From a virus (taxonomy: Duplodnaviria > Caudoviricetes): 64,000 nt of DNA. The translations under genes were made by a program, and so were the position numbers. The stretch lies in IMG/VR virus record IMGVR_UViG_3300022876_000002. One strand, written 5' to 3'. How positions within the stretch are numbered: position 1 is the stretch's first letter; the number at the start of each line of letters is the position of its first letter. Shown one piece after another: positions 10,096 through 18,959 of the stretch. The notes under the pieces were generated by a model that saw nothing but the letters and a program-made list of their open reading frames with translations, had not been told where the DNA came from and did no database searches.

Positions 10096-11219
10096 GAGAA
10101 TTCCTCCAGTACGGCCATTGCTTCGGCGTTTGATATGTTGTGTTTGGCCAAGTTGTCTTTGAACGACTGGTCAGCTGCCAATGACTTAGGCAGCGACTCT
10201 TTGGTCAACGATGTACCAGTGTAAACCTTGGTGGTAAACAGGTCCTCGTCAATCAACTCATCGTCGTTCTTTTCGTTCTTAGCCTTGATGTGGAAATGCG
10301 GGTACTCTTTACTGAGCATGCTGATTACAGGGTTGACCACCATTGCGCTACCACCCATAACCCGGATATGGGAGTGGTGTGGTAACTTGCGCTTCTGGAT
10401 GAAATCGTGCAGGTCTGTAATCAGGTCGCCAGCGGTGATATCAGGTGACACTTCCATGGTGAGGTAGGGTAAGGCACTTTTGTTCTCCCAGAAATTGATA
10501 TCACACTTACCGGCTTTCAAATCGAAGTCCACAACCAATCCACCCTTAGGGTGTTCTTCGCCATGTCCACCACGGTCAAAGGAGCCAGACGTCGCTAGCT
10601 TACCTCTACGGACGGGGGTGTGGATATGGCCAGCCAGGATGCAGTACCGAGTAATGGACTCCCAGCGTTCTAGGTTGTGGCACTTGTGTCGCATTTTGGC
10701 AACTAACTGGAACTCAAACGCACCGTGGAAGTGGATCTGGTCCACCATTTCCAAACCGGCGTCTTGCAGTACCTTTAAAGCAAGGTCCCAGACCTCATCA
10801 GGAGTTAAGGCTCCCATGTTGTCTGGAACGTACATCACTGTCAGACCATCGAGGTGTTCGTAGGTAACGATACTCAGAGTATCGATATAACGCACATCTA
10901 GGCCAGGTGGAGCGAGATTAAGGAAATGTCGTGGCTGACACCAGTCGTGCGACGAAGTCCCTTCTAACCACACCACAGTGGCTTTAGGATTAACCTTATA
11001 AAGATGATGCAGGAAATCCTTAGCCCAATCGAATACCACATGGGTATCTTGGTGCGGTAACTCTACCATGCGTTCAAAGAAATCACCACCGAAGGTGATC
11101 ATGTCCACTTTAGCCAGGTCATGATCTTTACGCAGAAACGTAGTGAGGTTATTCAGTACGTGTGTGGTCGGCGTATTTTGGTGGAAGGTGTGGTGATCAC
11201 TGCTCCATAACAAACGCAT
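10092..11219 (-). CDS. metallophosphoesterase, SbcD/Mre11-like nuclease (phiKZ gp65-like)
   Basis: Calcineurin-like motifs SDHH, GGDFF, EGTSSHD, FHG, LAGHIH. Confidence 0.85.
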   Translation of the reverse strand: MRLLWSSDHHTFHQNTPTTHVLNNLTTFLRKDHDLAKVDMITFGGDFFERMVELPHQDTHVVFDWAKDFLHHLYKVNPKATVVWLEGTSSHDWCQPRHFLNLAPPGLDVRYIDTLSIVTYEHLDGLTVMYVPDNMGALTPDEVWDLALKVLQDAGLEMVDQIHFHGAFEFQLVAKMRHKCHNLERWESITRYCILAGHIHTPVRRGKLATSGSFDRGGHGEEHPKGGLVVDFDLKAGKCDINFWENKSALPYLTMEVSPDITAGDLITDLHDFIQKRKLPHHSHIRVMGGSAMVVNPVISMLSKEYPHFHIKAKNEKNDDELIDEDLFTTKVYTGTSLTKESLPKSLAADQSFKDNLAKHNISNAEAMAVLEEFS

Positions 11220-11236
11220 TGTAGTTCCTTATTTAC

Positions 11237-12019
11237 TTAGCACTCCAGCGGGTCGTAATCTTGTTGCGCACCGGGAGTATCATTTACTTTGGTTTCGGAT
11301 TTAGCCGCACCAGTGCCGAAGTCGATATTCCACTGCTCTTTGACCAACTTGTTGATGAACTCTTTGTCCTCGTTGGACACGTGCTCATTACGGAAAGCAG
11401 CATAAAGAATAGGACGAGCACGGGTCAGTAGCGACTCGTCGATCTGTTCGTTGTGAATGTTGTCACGGATGAACCAGATCTGGCCTTCTACGTCCGGGAT
11501 GATGTTGTTTTTGGCGTAGTACCAGTCAGACACCATGTCAGTGATAGTCCGTGGCTTAACGTTAGCCAGGGAGTTCTCGGAGAGTTCTGCCAACTGCGCC
11601 GAAGCCATCGGGTCGGCCGAACGTTGCGAGTCAGCCGAGATCTGCTTGATCGCCTGTTCGATGTGACGGAACATGCGGTACTGCTCAGGACCCAAGTTGT
11701 TGGAAACCAGTGGTGGGATGATCAGCATTGGCTTGTTGTCTTTGTCGATGATCATCACCGATTGCAGGCCGTCAGCCGACAGGTCCAGCCACTCTTGGGT
11801 GTTGAAGTAGTTGCGACCGTTACGACGACCCAGGGCAAACTGGATCAGCCACTTGGCCTTGAACTCGTCTTCGTCCATGACCGTGGAGACGTTGAAGGGC
11901 ACGGTCTCACCTTTGGCGGTCATCATGCGCTTGCCGTCTACTTCGGATACGGTGTAATCTTTCAGCCACCCGAAGGACTCTTCGATGATGCGCTGTTTGG
12001 TGGTCATTGGTTGAGTCAT
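11237..12019 (-). CDS. conserved hypothetical protein
   Basis: 260 aa, codon-biased, operonic spacing. Confidence 0.7.
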   Translation of the reverse strand: MTQPMTTKQRIIEESFGWLKDYTVSEVDGKRMMTAKGETVPFNVSTVMDEDEFKAKWLIQFALGRRNGRNYFNTQEWLDLSADGLQSVMIIDKDNKPMLIIPPLVSNNLGPEQYRMFRHIEQAIKQISADSQRSADPMASAQLAELSENSLANVKPRTITDMVSDWYYAKNNIIPDVEGQIWFIRDNIHNEQIDESLLTRARPILYAAFRNEHVSNEDKEFINKLVKEQWNIDFGTGAAKSETKVNDTPGAQQDYDPLEC

Positions 12020-12423
12020 CGTGCTAATCTCTCTTCGTCAAGGATGCGGTATTGTTCACCGGTTTTCTCAATGGTGCGCCCTAAATCATAGACCTTGCCG
12101 TCAACAAATACTCTTATGTCCAACTGGACAGTGTACAGTGACCTGGACTCTCTGATGTACTTGTAGGTCACAGTTACCTCAGACCCTGGGAACATCTCGT
12201 CCATGTAGCTCTTGAGCTCCTGGTTGGCTTTCTCAACCAGTTTCTCTGGGGTGTTACCGTATTTCATGAACAGGTAAAAGAAACTTGGTACCTGCCCGAT
12301 TACTTTACCCTGGTTACGGCGACTCTCTAACCAGTAGGTAAAATGTTTGGCTAACGCAGTCTCTACCGACTGGGTTTCCCAACCAACACTGGAATCCATC
12401 GAACCTAAACAAAAAGTAGACAT
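12016..12423 (-). CDS. conserved hypothetical protein (possibly structural)
   Basis: 135 aa, 4-nt overlap with the next gene. Confidence 0.65.
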   Translation of the reverse strand: MSTFCLGSMDSSVGWETQSVETALAKHFTYWLESRRNQGKVIGQVPSFFYLFMKYGNTPEKLVEKANQELKSYMDEMFPGSEVTVTYKYIRESRSLYTVQLDIRVFVDGKVYDLGRTIEKTGEQYRILDEERLAR

Positions 12424-12512
12424 TACGCTATACCCGCTAGTGGTTATCGTAAAATCGAAAAAAAAAATAAACAGTTGGGCTAAGGGGTGTTGCCACCCCC
12501 TAGCTTTACAAC

Positions 12513-13130
12513 TTACTGCTCGCTAACTACGTCGTCGTCTTCCGACTTGACATTGAACAACCCTTGCGCACGATGGTAGTCAGTTGCCTTCCAGGTGCGG
12601 TGGATCGAGTCGAGGTCACTGAACGACACCTGAGTACCACCGGTGTCGAAGAAGTGACTGTGCGACAACGTGTGTTTGCCGTCTACTGTTTGCAAGTCCA
12701 GGATCCCGTGCATCGCTTTACGATAGAACGGGTTGGCAATACCCACACCTTTACAAGTGGCGTGAGTGTCTGTCAGACCTTCGATCAACCCATCCAGCTT
12801 AGCCTGCATGTGAAGCGGGTTAGCCATGATGTAGTTGGCCATCAGTCCCTGAGCTGACATGATGTCGTTTGCGTAACCAATGAAACCGATGTCGAAACGA
12901 CCAATGTGGGCACGCCCACCCTGCGATAGCAAGCGACGACCGAATTCCCAGGCACGTGAATTCAGGAAGTTATTGAAACCATCCAGAATCTTCGTAGCCT
13001 GTCCGGCCAGCCAGCCACCAGCAGCTTGTACAGCGGCGACATTTTGGTTGACGTAAGCAGCATTCTGCGCAATCTGCTGATCGGTAAAGCTACCCGACAT
13101 CGCATATGCAAATGCATGAGCGCTGTTCAT
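12513..13130 (-). CDS. conserved hypothetical protein
   Basis: 205 aa with GGGA RBS, followed by a hairpin (about 12479-12504) and a T-tract. Confidence 0.7.
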   Translation of the reverse strand: MNSAHAFAYAMSGSFTDQQIAQNAAYVNQNVAAVQAAGGWLAGQATKILDGFNNFLNSRAWEFGRRLLSQGGRAHIGRFDIGFIGYANDIMSAQGLMANYIMANPLHMQAKLDGLIEGLTDTHATCKGVGIANPFYRKAMHGILDLQTVDGKHTLSHSHFFDTGGTQVSFSDLDSIHRTWKATDYHRAQGLFNVKSEDDDVVSEQ

Positions 13131-13153
13131 TGCCTAAGCCTCCCTAGTACGGA

Positions 13154-14776
13154 TTAATCAATAATGGCATGCGTATGCATCAGTGTGTTCAAGTTCATCA
13201 GGTTGGTAGCCGTTTGCGAGGCATAGTCACCTACCTTGAACGGGTTATTCCGATCCAACGTCTGGTGATGACCCCAACCACCATACGCTTTTGCTTTGGA
13301 TTCGTTATCCACCAATACAACCGCATAGATTTGGTCACCATCGAAGTCGGCGTTCTGGATCTTAACACCCAAGATTGGGAGTTTGAACGATTCGTCTTCG
13401 AGGTCCCGGTTTACCCCAAACTTAAAGGTACGGCAACTCAGGTATTCGATCGATGGATTTCGACCTGCCTGAATCAAGCACTTATTGTTCTCTTCCATGT
13501 CGCGGAAGAACTCATCAATCAACGGATCGATATGATAAGCCGCTTGCTTAATGCGAGCCAGTGCTTTATATGGGGTGTGACCACGACGGTACAGATAGTT
13601 CTTGATGTGGATTTCCAACATCGAGATTGCCATTTTCCACGGCACTATCAGCAGGTCAGGATCAATTACACCAGTTTGCGACGTAATAATAGACCGGCCA
13701 GTGAAAGGAACCGATCCAGACGCGCAGTGTTTCCGGTTTAAGCCATGTTTCTCAAACAGCCCTTTCGGGTTGTTCGTCGACCGGTACTGCTCGGACAACA
13801 TTACCAGGGTCTTGCCTACCGTCTCAGCATTCTTCTGGAGTTCCGCTTCGGTCAGCTGATGGCAGATGTTGGACTTGAGAGAGTCCACCAACGTGACATA
13901 CATAGCCGCCGTGATTGGCTGATACGAATACGAGAACGTATCTTTACCAGACTTCTCCAAGATGGTGCTGTAGCGGTTTGGCACTTTCATGTAATACGGG
14001 AAGGCAATGTCTTTATTGCGCTCCCACACTTCCATGTAAGCAGGACCCTCTTTGGTATCCTTGAAATGCTTACGACCCGGGCCTATCAGGATGTACTCCA
14101 TCAAGGCATCAGCATTACGGTAGAACGTGTTGATGTTGAACTCGGAAATACCCAAGGTTTCGAACATGTTGCGCAGAACGATACCAGTCGTGTTGCGGTT
14201 CTTGTCGACTTCTCGACGGTAATCCTTATCTAGGAAATACCACGGCACACAGACTTTAGGGCTACCTATTGCGATGTTGCTGAAAAACGTTGCCAGAAAC
14301 CCGAGGTTGACGAAACGGTCTACCCCTTCTGGTGCTTTCAGCCAGAGTTTGGTTTTATCTCCTTTATTAAGGAATTTCTCTGGTGGATCACCACATCGAT
14401 CACAGATCTGCGGGCGGTCTTCACGCAAGCGGAAGTTACCACGCAAATGTCCACACGAACACTTGGCAATAGTTTCGAAGCTATTACCACTGAACTCCAT
14501 GCGGGTTAAACGTCCCAGGGTTTCCCGGTGTTCTTCCAGCTTGAGGTCCAGGTCATTCAGGTAGATCGGCCGCAGCTTGCTGGTGTCGTGCAGGTAGTCG
14601 TAGTTCTCGAAGTCCGGATAAAGGGGCTTGGAGTACCGCGGGTCATCCGTTACGATCCCACCGAAGGGAGCAGCAAACTTATTAAAGAAGGGCATCGGAT
14701 CGATGCGTTCTTCACTGTAACTTGTCAGTAACGCAATGGCTTTGGCGTTTGACTCATTAATAGCAGGTAGTTCCAT
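13154..14776 (-). CDS. non-virion RNA polymerase beta'-like catalytic subunit (phiKZ gp55-like)
   Basis: 540 aa. Catalytic NADFDGD, N-terminal Zn motif CSCG...CDRC, GRNPSI. Lies next to chimallin. Confidence 0.93.
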   Translation of the reverse strand: MELPAINESNAKAIALLTSYSEERIDPMPFFNKFAAPFGGIVTDDPRYSKPLYPDFENYDYLHDTSKLRPIYLNDLDLKLEEHRETLGRLTRMEFSGNSFETIAKCSCGHLRGNFRLREDRPQICDRCGDPPEKFLNKGDKTKLWLKAPEGVDRFVNLGFLATFFSNIAIGSPKVCVPWYFLDKDYRREVDKNRNTTGIVLRNMFETLGISEFNINTFYRNADALMEYILIGPGRKHFKDTKEGPAYMEVWERNKDIAFPYYMKVPNRYSTILEKSGKDTFSYSYQPITAAMYVTLVDSLKSNICHQLTEAELQKNAETVGKTLVMLSEQYRSTNNPKGLFEKHGLNRKHCASGSVPFTGRSIITSQTGVIDPDLLIVPWKMAISMLEIHIKNYLYRRGHTPYKALARIKQAAYHIDPLIDEFFRDMEENNKCLIQAGRNPSIEYLSCRTFKFGVNRDLEDESFKLPILGVKIQNADFDGDQIYAVVLVDNESKAKAYGGWGHHQTLDRNNPFKVGDYASQTATNLMNLNTLMHTHAIID

Positions 14777-14864
14777 GGCGAACCCCTAAAAACTAAAAAG
14801 CAGAATAGAGGCTAGGGAGGCGCGAACCCCCCTAGCCTTTATTCAGTTAAAGGCCAAAACCTTA

Positions 14865-16925
14865 TTAGTACAGCGGGGTGAAGAAGTTCACCGACTGACC
14901 GGCTTGGACGATCGGACTGTTGCTACCAGCAGCCACAGTAGTAGCCAGGCCGATACCAGGCGCGAACGCCAGGCGGTTGGTCTGGAAGCTACCCAGGTTG
15001 TTGGCGGCGTTCAGGTTGCCGATACCGTTCATCGCTTCGGCCATGGCAGCCATGAAGTCCGGAGCGAAGATCGCCGAGTTGCCGAAGGCGTTGATGTGGT
15101 TGTGACCGTCGAACAGCGAGGACGATTGCTCGATCCGCAGTTTCTGCGAACGTTGCTTGAAGTCTTCCTGCTGTGCGTTGCCGTAGACCAGACCCAGGTA
15201 GTTTTCGATCGACGCTTTCGCGGCAGCCGAGTTGCCAGGCTTGGCGTTGCAGATGAACATTTCGTCCACTTCTTGGGTGTTGATGTGACGCTCGCGGTCG
15301 TCCTTGCCACCAGGGGTAACGGCCAGGCCGTTGACAACGATGGAGTTGGACTGGATCAGGATCGGCTTGGTTTGAGCCGGGAACCAGCCGCGATCGGCTG
15401 CACGGTTCTTCGCGATGACTTCCGAGAAGCGCTTGTTGGTCATCGAGTCGATCAGTGCCACAACAACCTTGACAGCCTTGGCGTTGTCCGAACCCACCAG
15501 CTTGCGCATGAAGTTGATGATCGGAGCATCCGGACCGTTCGAGATCAGGTTGATCTTGAACACCGCGTGAGCCGCCACGTTCTGACGGATCCAGTTGGTG
15601 ACGAAGTCGGTGTCGTTGATGTTCTTCTCGTTCAGCGGCGGACGGATCTGAGGGTTCAGGATCTGCGCTGCGCCAGGCATGTTCTGCACCATCATCTGGA
15701 TCCGGGTCTCCAGACCGGCCAGCGAACCACGACCACCTACGTGTTGCTTACGCAGTGCGTCGGCGAAGACGTACTGGTTGTTGGTGGTCATCAGCGCGAA
15801 CAGGCCGAAGAAGAACGGATACAGACCGCCGTTACCACGCATCATTTCACCGGCAGTGACGGTGTCGATGGTGATTTCCGGCTGCAGCGGACGGTAGGCA
15901 CCTGGCCAGATGTTCTGACCCAGAGCGAACACACTGGAACCCATGAAGCTTTGCAGGGCCTGCATGTAGTCGTTGCTTTGAGCGCGGGCCATCATGCGAG
16001 CAGCGTATTCTTCGTACGCGGTACCGATCAGCGACACGGTTGCGGTAACACGAGCGATCTCGCGGGTGTTGACCGGGTTGTACTGCTGGGTGTTGTTGCC
16101 GTTGGCGTTCATGGTAGTCACGATGACTTCCATGTTGGCTGGCGACAGGGTCTTGCCGTCGGTCAGACGTTCCTGGATGGCTTGTACGCGAGCTTCCGCA
16201 GTACGGTCTTTGCCGTAAGGGGAATCAGGCTCCAGCCATGGGGACGGAATGTCCATGCCCATTTCGACGATTTTCTCAGCACCGTATACCAGCAGGGCCT
16301 TCTCCCACTGACGGGCCAGGTACATGGCCAGGTAGTGCGGTTGGTCCTTGGTTTCGCCGGCTTGTGGATGCTTGAGCATTTCCATGTCGACAACCACCAG
16401 GTTGACGATTTCAACGGCGTTGGCGCCCTTGGTCTTCGCAGCCGAGTCGTAATGCTCTTTCAGGCGATCAACGAACTGCTTGTTGATCTGTGCCGAAGGA
16501 GTGATCGGAATCGAAACGCGTTGCTGCTGGCCGGCGGCGACGTTGATGGTGATGTGCTCGGTACCGATCGAGTTGTCACGGTCCGAGAACAGCGCCGCCA
16601 TGATGTACATCACACCTTCGATGACGGTGTAGAAGCCCAGGCCTGGCAGTTGTGCCGAGATGTTGGTGGTCAGGTGTTCGATGGTCGGTACGATCTGACG
16701 TTGCTTGGCGTCAGTGGTGGAAGTGTTGATGTTCTTGTAGATGTGGTCGGTCAGGACCTCATATACTTCGGTGACGATCTTGAGGTTCCGGGTGTCCGAA
16801 ACCAGGGAGTTCATACCGAAGAGTTGAGCCAGAAGACCGCTCGCATTGTTGGACGGGCCCGATGGCTTGCTACCACCGTTGTTGTCGGCCCAGCCACCGT
16901 ATTCGTTTTCTTTATCAAGAGCCAT
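14865..16925 (-). CDS. chmA: chimallin, major phage nuclear shell protein (phiKZ gp54-like)
   Basis: 686 aa, extreme high-expression codon bias, immediately upstream of the gp55-like gene, with its own early promoter and terminator (about 14809-14838). Flexible N- and C-terminal tails. Identified by synteny and size. Confidence 0.82.
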   Translation of the reverse strand: MALDKENEYGGWADNNGGSKPSGPSNNASGLLAQLFGMNSLVSDTRNLKIVTEVYEVLTDHIYKNINTSTTDAKQRQIVPTIEHLTTNISAQLPGLGFYTVIEGVMYIMAALFSDRDNSIGTEHITINVAAGQQQRVSIPITPSAQINKQFVDRLKEHYDSAAKTKGANAVEIVNLVVVDMEMLKHPQAGETKDQPHYLAMYLARQWEKALLVYGAEKIVEMGMDIPSPWLEPDSPYGKDRTAEARVQAIQERLTDGKTLSPANMEVIVTTMNANGNNTQQYNPVNTREIARVTATVSLIGTAYEEYAARMMARAQSNDYMQALQSFMGSSVFALGQNIWPGAYRPLQPEITIDTVTAGEMMRGNGGLYPFFFGLFALMTTNNQYVFADALRKQHVGGRGSLAGLETRIQMMVQNMPGAAQILNPQIRPPLNEKNINDTDFVTNWIRQNVAAHAVFKINLISNGPDAPIINFMRKLVGSDNAKAVKVVVALIDSMTNKRFSEVIAKNRAADRGWFPAQTKPILIQSNSIVVNGLAVTPGGKDDRERHINTQEVDEMFICNAKPGNSAAAKASIENYLGLVYGNAQQEDFKQRSQKLRIEQSSSLFDGHNHINAFGNSAIFAPDFMAAMAEAMNGIGNLNAANNLGSFQTNRLAFAPGIGLATTVAAGSNSPIVQAGQSVNFFTPLY

Positions 16926-17006
16926 GGAAGTTTTTCCTTTTACTATCTTCGAAGATTTGCTAGCGGTTATATCACATAAAGATAATCTTTACTGTGATTC
17001 ATTGTA

Positions 17007-17027
17007 GTAATACAGGTTTGAAATATT
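17007..17027 (-). promoter_or_regulatory. early (virion RNAP)-type promoter of chimallin
   Basis: Minus strand AATATTTCAAACCTGTATTAC; the core resembles the phiKZ early motif TATATTAC. Confidence 0.65.
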
Positions 17028-17163
17028 CTTAGCCCAAGCAAATGCTATAGGTTTAGACACCAAAACTATATCACCAAATTTCCAAACTGCGTGGGGGTCC
17101 CTCCTGGAGTTTCCTCCAGGAGTACTTTCCTATATAATGGAAACACACTGAGATTATACCTAC

Positions 17164-18258
17164 ATGCAAACTCTAACGTTTCCGACTGCAGGTAGTTACA
17201 TTTACCCAATGAAGCATTACCCTGGGATGAACAACCTGCGCAGGGTTACTACTTTCAATGAGCGTGCGTTCCGTGGTTACGTTGATCAGAACCCGTTCAA
17301 CCTGGAGAACCAACACTTGTTGGTGGGGATCCTCCAGCAGCTGGCAATCGATCCTGAGTGGGATCTAGACTACGTTGTCAGCTATACGCGGTTCCGTTCT
17401 AATAGCTTAGCAACCGTGTTTAAAATTAATTCCATCAGTGGTGTAGGCGAACCTATAAAGGACGGCCTGTACCGTGAGGGTACCACTGAGCTGTGGGGTT
17501 TACTGGAACACGATAAGGTTTATCCGCAGACTATCCGTTTGGAAGACCTGCGACCTGTCGTTCCAGTTTACACCAATATACTGAAACGTGGGTATAAACT
17601 TACTGTTGAGCGATCACTCAATCCCACCCATCGTGGTTTTGATATGGCCATCATTGGTTTGAACCTGGTAGAGCTAGCCATTGGCTGGTGGCTATACATG
17701 CGGGAGGACCGTGATCGTGACACGGGGATCCATGCGTACCTGTGTAAGTATCCTCTTTATTACGCGCAACTGATGCACAACCAGGGGTTAACGGTAAACT
17801 ATCTGTACGAGTTCTTTGTCCGTGGGGTTCCTTTAAAGGACTTGTGGGAGATGGAGCAAGTCAAGTTTACTACGCTGGGTGAGGAGAAGCTATATAAAGA
17901 GTATTTCAGTTTCCGAGTGGATTTCCTGACTAGCCGTAAGCTGGTGGATATCGGTCATCTGGTAGCCAGTGTGGATAACATATACCATCCGAATTACTTC
18001 AACTATGAGGACGGTGGACGCAATAAGTTGTTATCCCAAACCCGCTGGTTATGGGAACCTAACTCGATCAGGTGGTACAGTATTTACTTTGCCATCTGTA
18101 ACGCTCTAGGGCATCCTGTGGGCGACGTTAAGACTCGATTGAAGCGTACCCTACCGATTGTGCACGAAGGCTTCAATAAGTGCCCTTCCACCTTATGTAG
18201 GGAAAGTTTCAAAAGGGAATCCTTGGAACTGCACCGCTTAATACTAAAAAACAAATAA
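17164..18258 (+). CDS. probable virion structural protein (phiKZ gp52 position)
   Basis: 364 aa, divergent from chimallin and between it and the DNA polymerase. Assigned by synteny. Confidence 0.6.
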   Translation: MQTLTFPTAGSYIYPMKHYPGMNNLRRVTTFNERAFRGYVDQNPFNLENQHLLVGILQQLAIDPEWDLDYVVSYTRFRSNSLATVFKINSISGVGEPIKDGLYREGTTELWGLLEHDKVYPQTIRLEDLRPVVPVYTNILKRGYKLTVERSLNPTHRGFDMAIIGLNLVELAIGWWLYMREDRDRDTGIHAYLCKYPLYYAQLMHNQGLTVNYLYEFFVRGVPLKDLWEMEQVKFTTLGEEKLYKEYFSFRVDFLTSRKLVDIGHLVASVDNIYHPNYFNYEDGGRNKLLSQTRWLWEPNSIRWYSIYFAICNALGHPVGDVKTRLKRTLPIVHEGFNKCPSTLCRESFKRESLELHRLILKNK

Positions 18259-18270
18259 AAAGTTGTTTAA

Positions 18271-18312
18271 TATAACCTACCCTAGCCCTTGACGGGGCTA
18301 GGGTAGGTTATA
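18271..18312. terminator. bidirectional terminator / palindromic repeat
   Basis: 18-bp perfect stem TATAACCTACCCTAGCCC/GGGCTAGGGTAGGTTATA between convergent genes. Confidence 0.75.
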
Positions 18313-18320
18313 CCAATTAT

Positions 18321-18524
18321 TCATGCTGCTACCTTCACAACAGTGCTCAGAGCATTGATCTTTGCAGTCAACTTGTTCATCTCTTTGCACAGCAGTCGGT
18401 ACTCTTTATCCAAGCATACACCTGGACCTTCTTCCCGGAACCAAGCACTACGTTTAGCATTCAGTGCTTCGCGTTCTTTGATCAGGTTAGCAACAGTGTT
18501 TACTTCAAAGTCGAAAATGGACAT
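18321..18524 (-). CDS. small hypothetical protein
   Basis: 67 aa with GGAG RBS and an early-like motif upstream (about 18586-18606). Confidence 0.6.
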   Translation of the reverse strand: MSIFDFEVNTVANLIKEREALNAKRSAWFREEGPGVCLDKEYRLLCKEMNKLTAKINALSTVVKVAA

Positions 18525-18620
18525 GGTAAAACTCCTAGGGTGTTAGTGTAGTGAACCAAATGGTTTACTGACCTTATACACCCTAGTTATATAGACCCAA
18601 GACTCCCTAGAAGTTAAACC

Positions 18621-18959
18621 CTAGTAAGTTCCATCCGACCGGGCTGAACGCTTGTCTTCGAGCATGGCCCAATAACGTTCTGGAGTTACCACAATAGAGG
18701 CGTCAAATTTACCGTTTGTGAGTTTGAAGAACTCTTCAATATCTTCTTCTCTCTTGAAGTAAAGATGGTTATCATGGTCGTACATATAGTACTCCACATG
18801 GGTCTCCTTAGTTACTTCAAAGCCAAATTCAAGTCTTTCCAAGGAAGGATCTTTAAAGTACGTATTGAGCTCGTCTTCATAGTTGAAGGCGCCTTCAGCA
18901 GCGAACTCTAGTCCAGACCCCTTATGTTTGTAGTACGCCAGCGATGGATCAATGTTCAT
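18621..18959 (-). CDS. hypothetical protein
   Basis: The track ORF starts at 19013. The Met at 18959 (MNIDPS) reduces the overlap with the polymerase gene to 11 nt and is the likelier start. Confidence 0.55.
   Translation of the reverse strand: MNIDPSLAYYKHKGSGLEFAAEGAFNYEDELNTYFKDPSLERLEFGFEVTKETHVEYYMYDHDNHLYFKREEDIEEFFKLTNGKFDASIVVTPERYWAMLEDKRSARSDGTY

Noticed and set aside
14904-16979. 691-aa antisense ORF over chimallin, and similar ORFs at 3755-5047, 4896-6482, 23775-24920 and 57861-59516
   Set aside because: Same shadow-ORF artefact; each lies exactly opposite a motif-supported or codon-biased gene.
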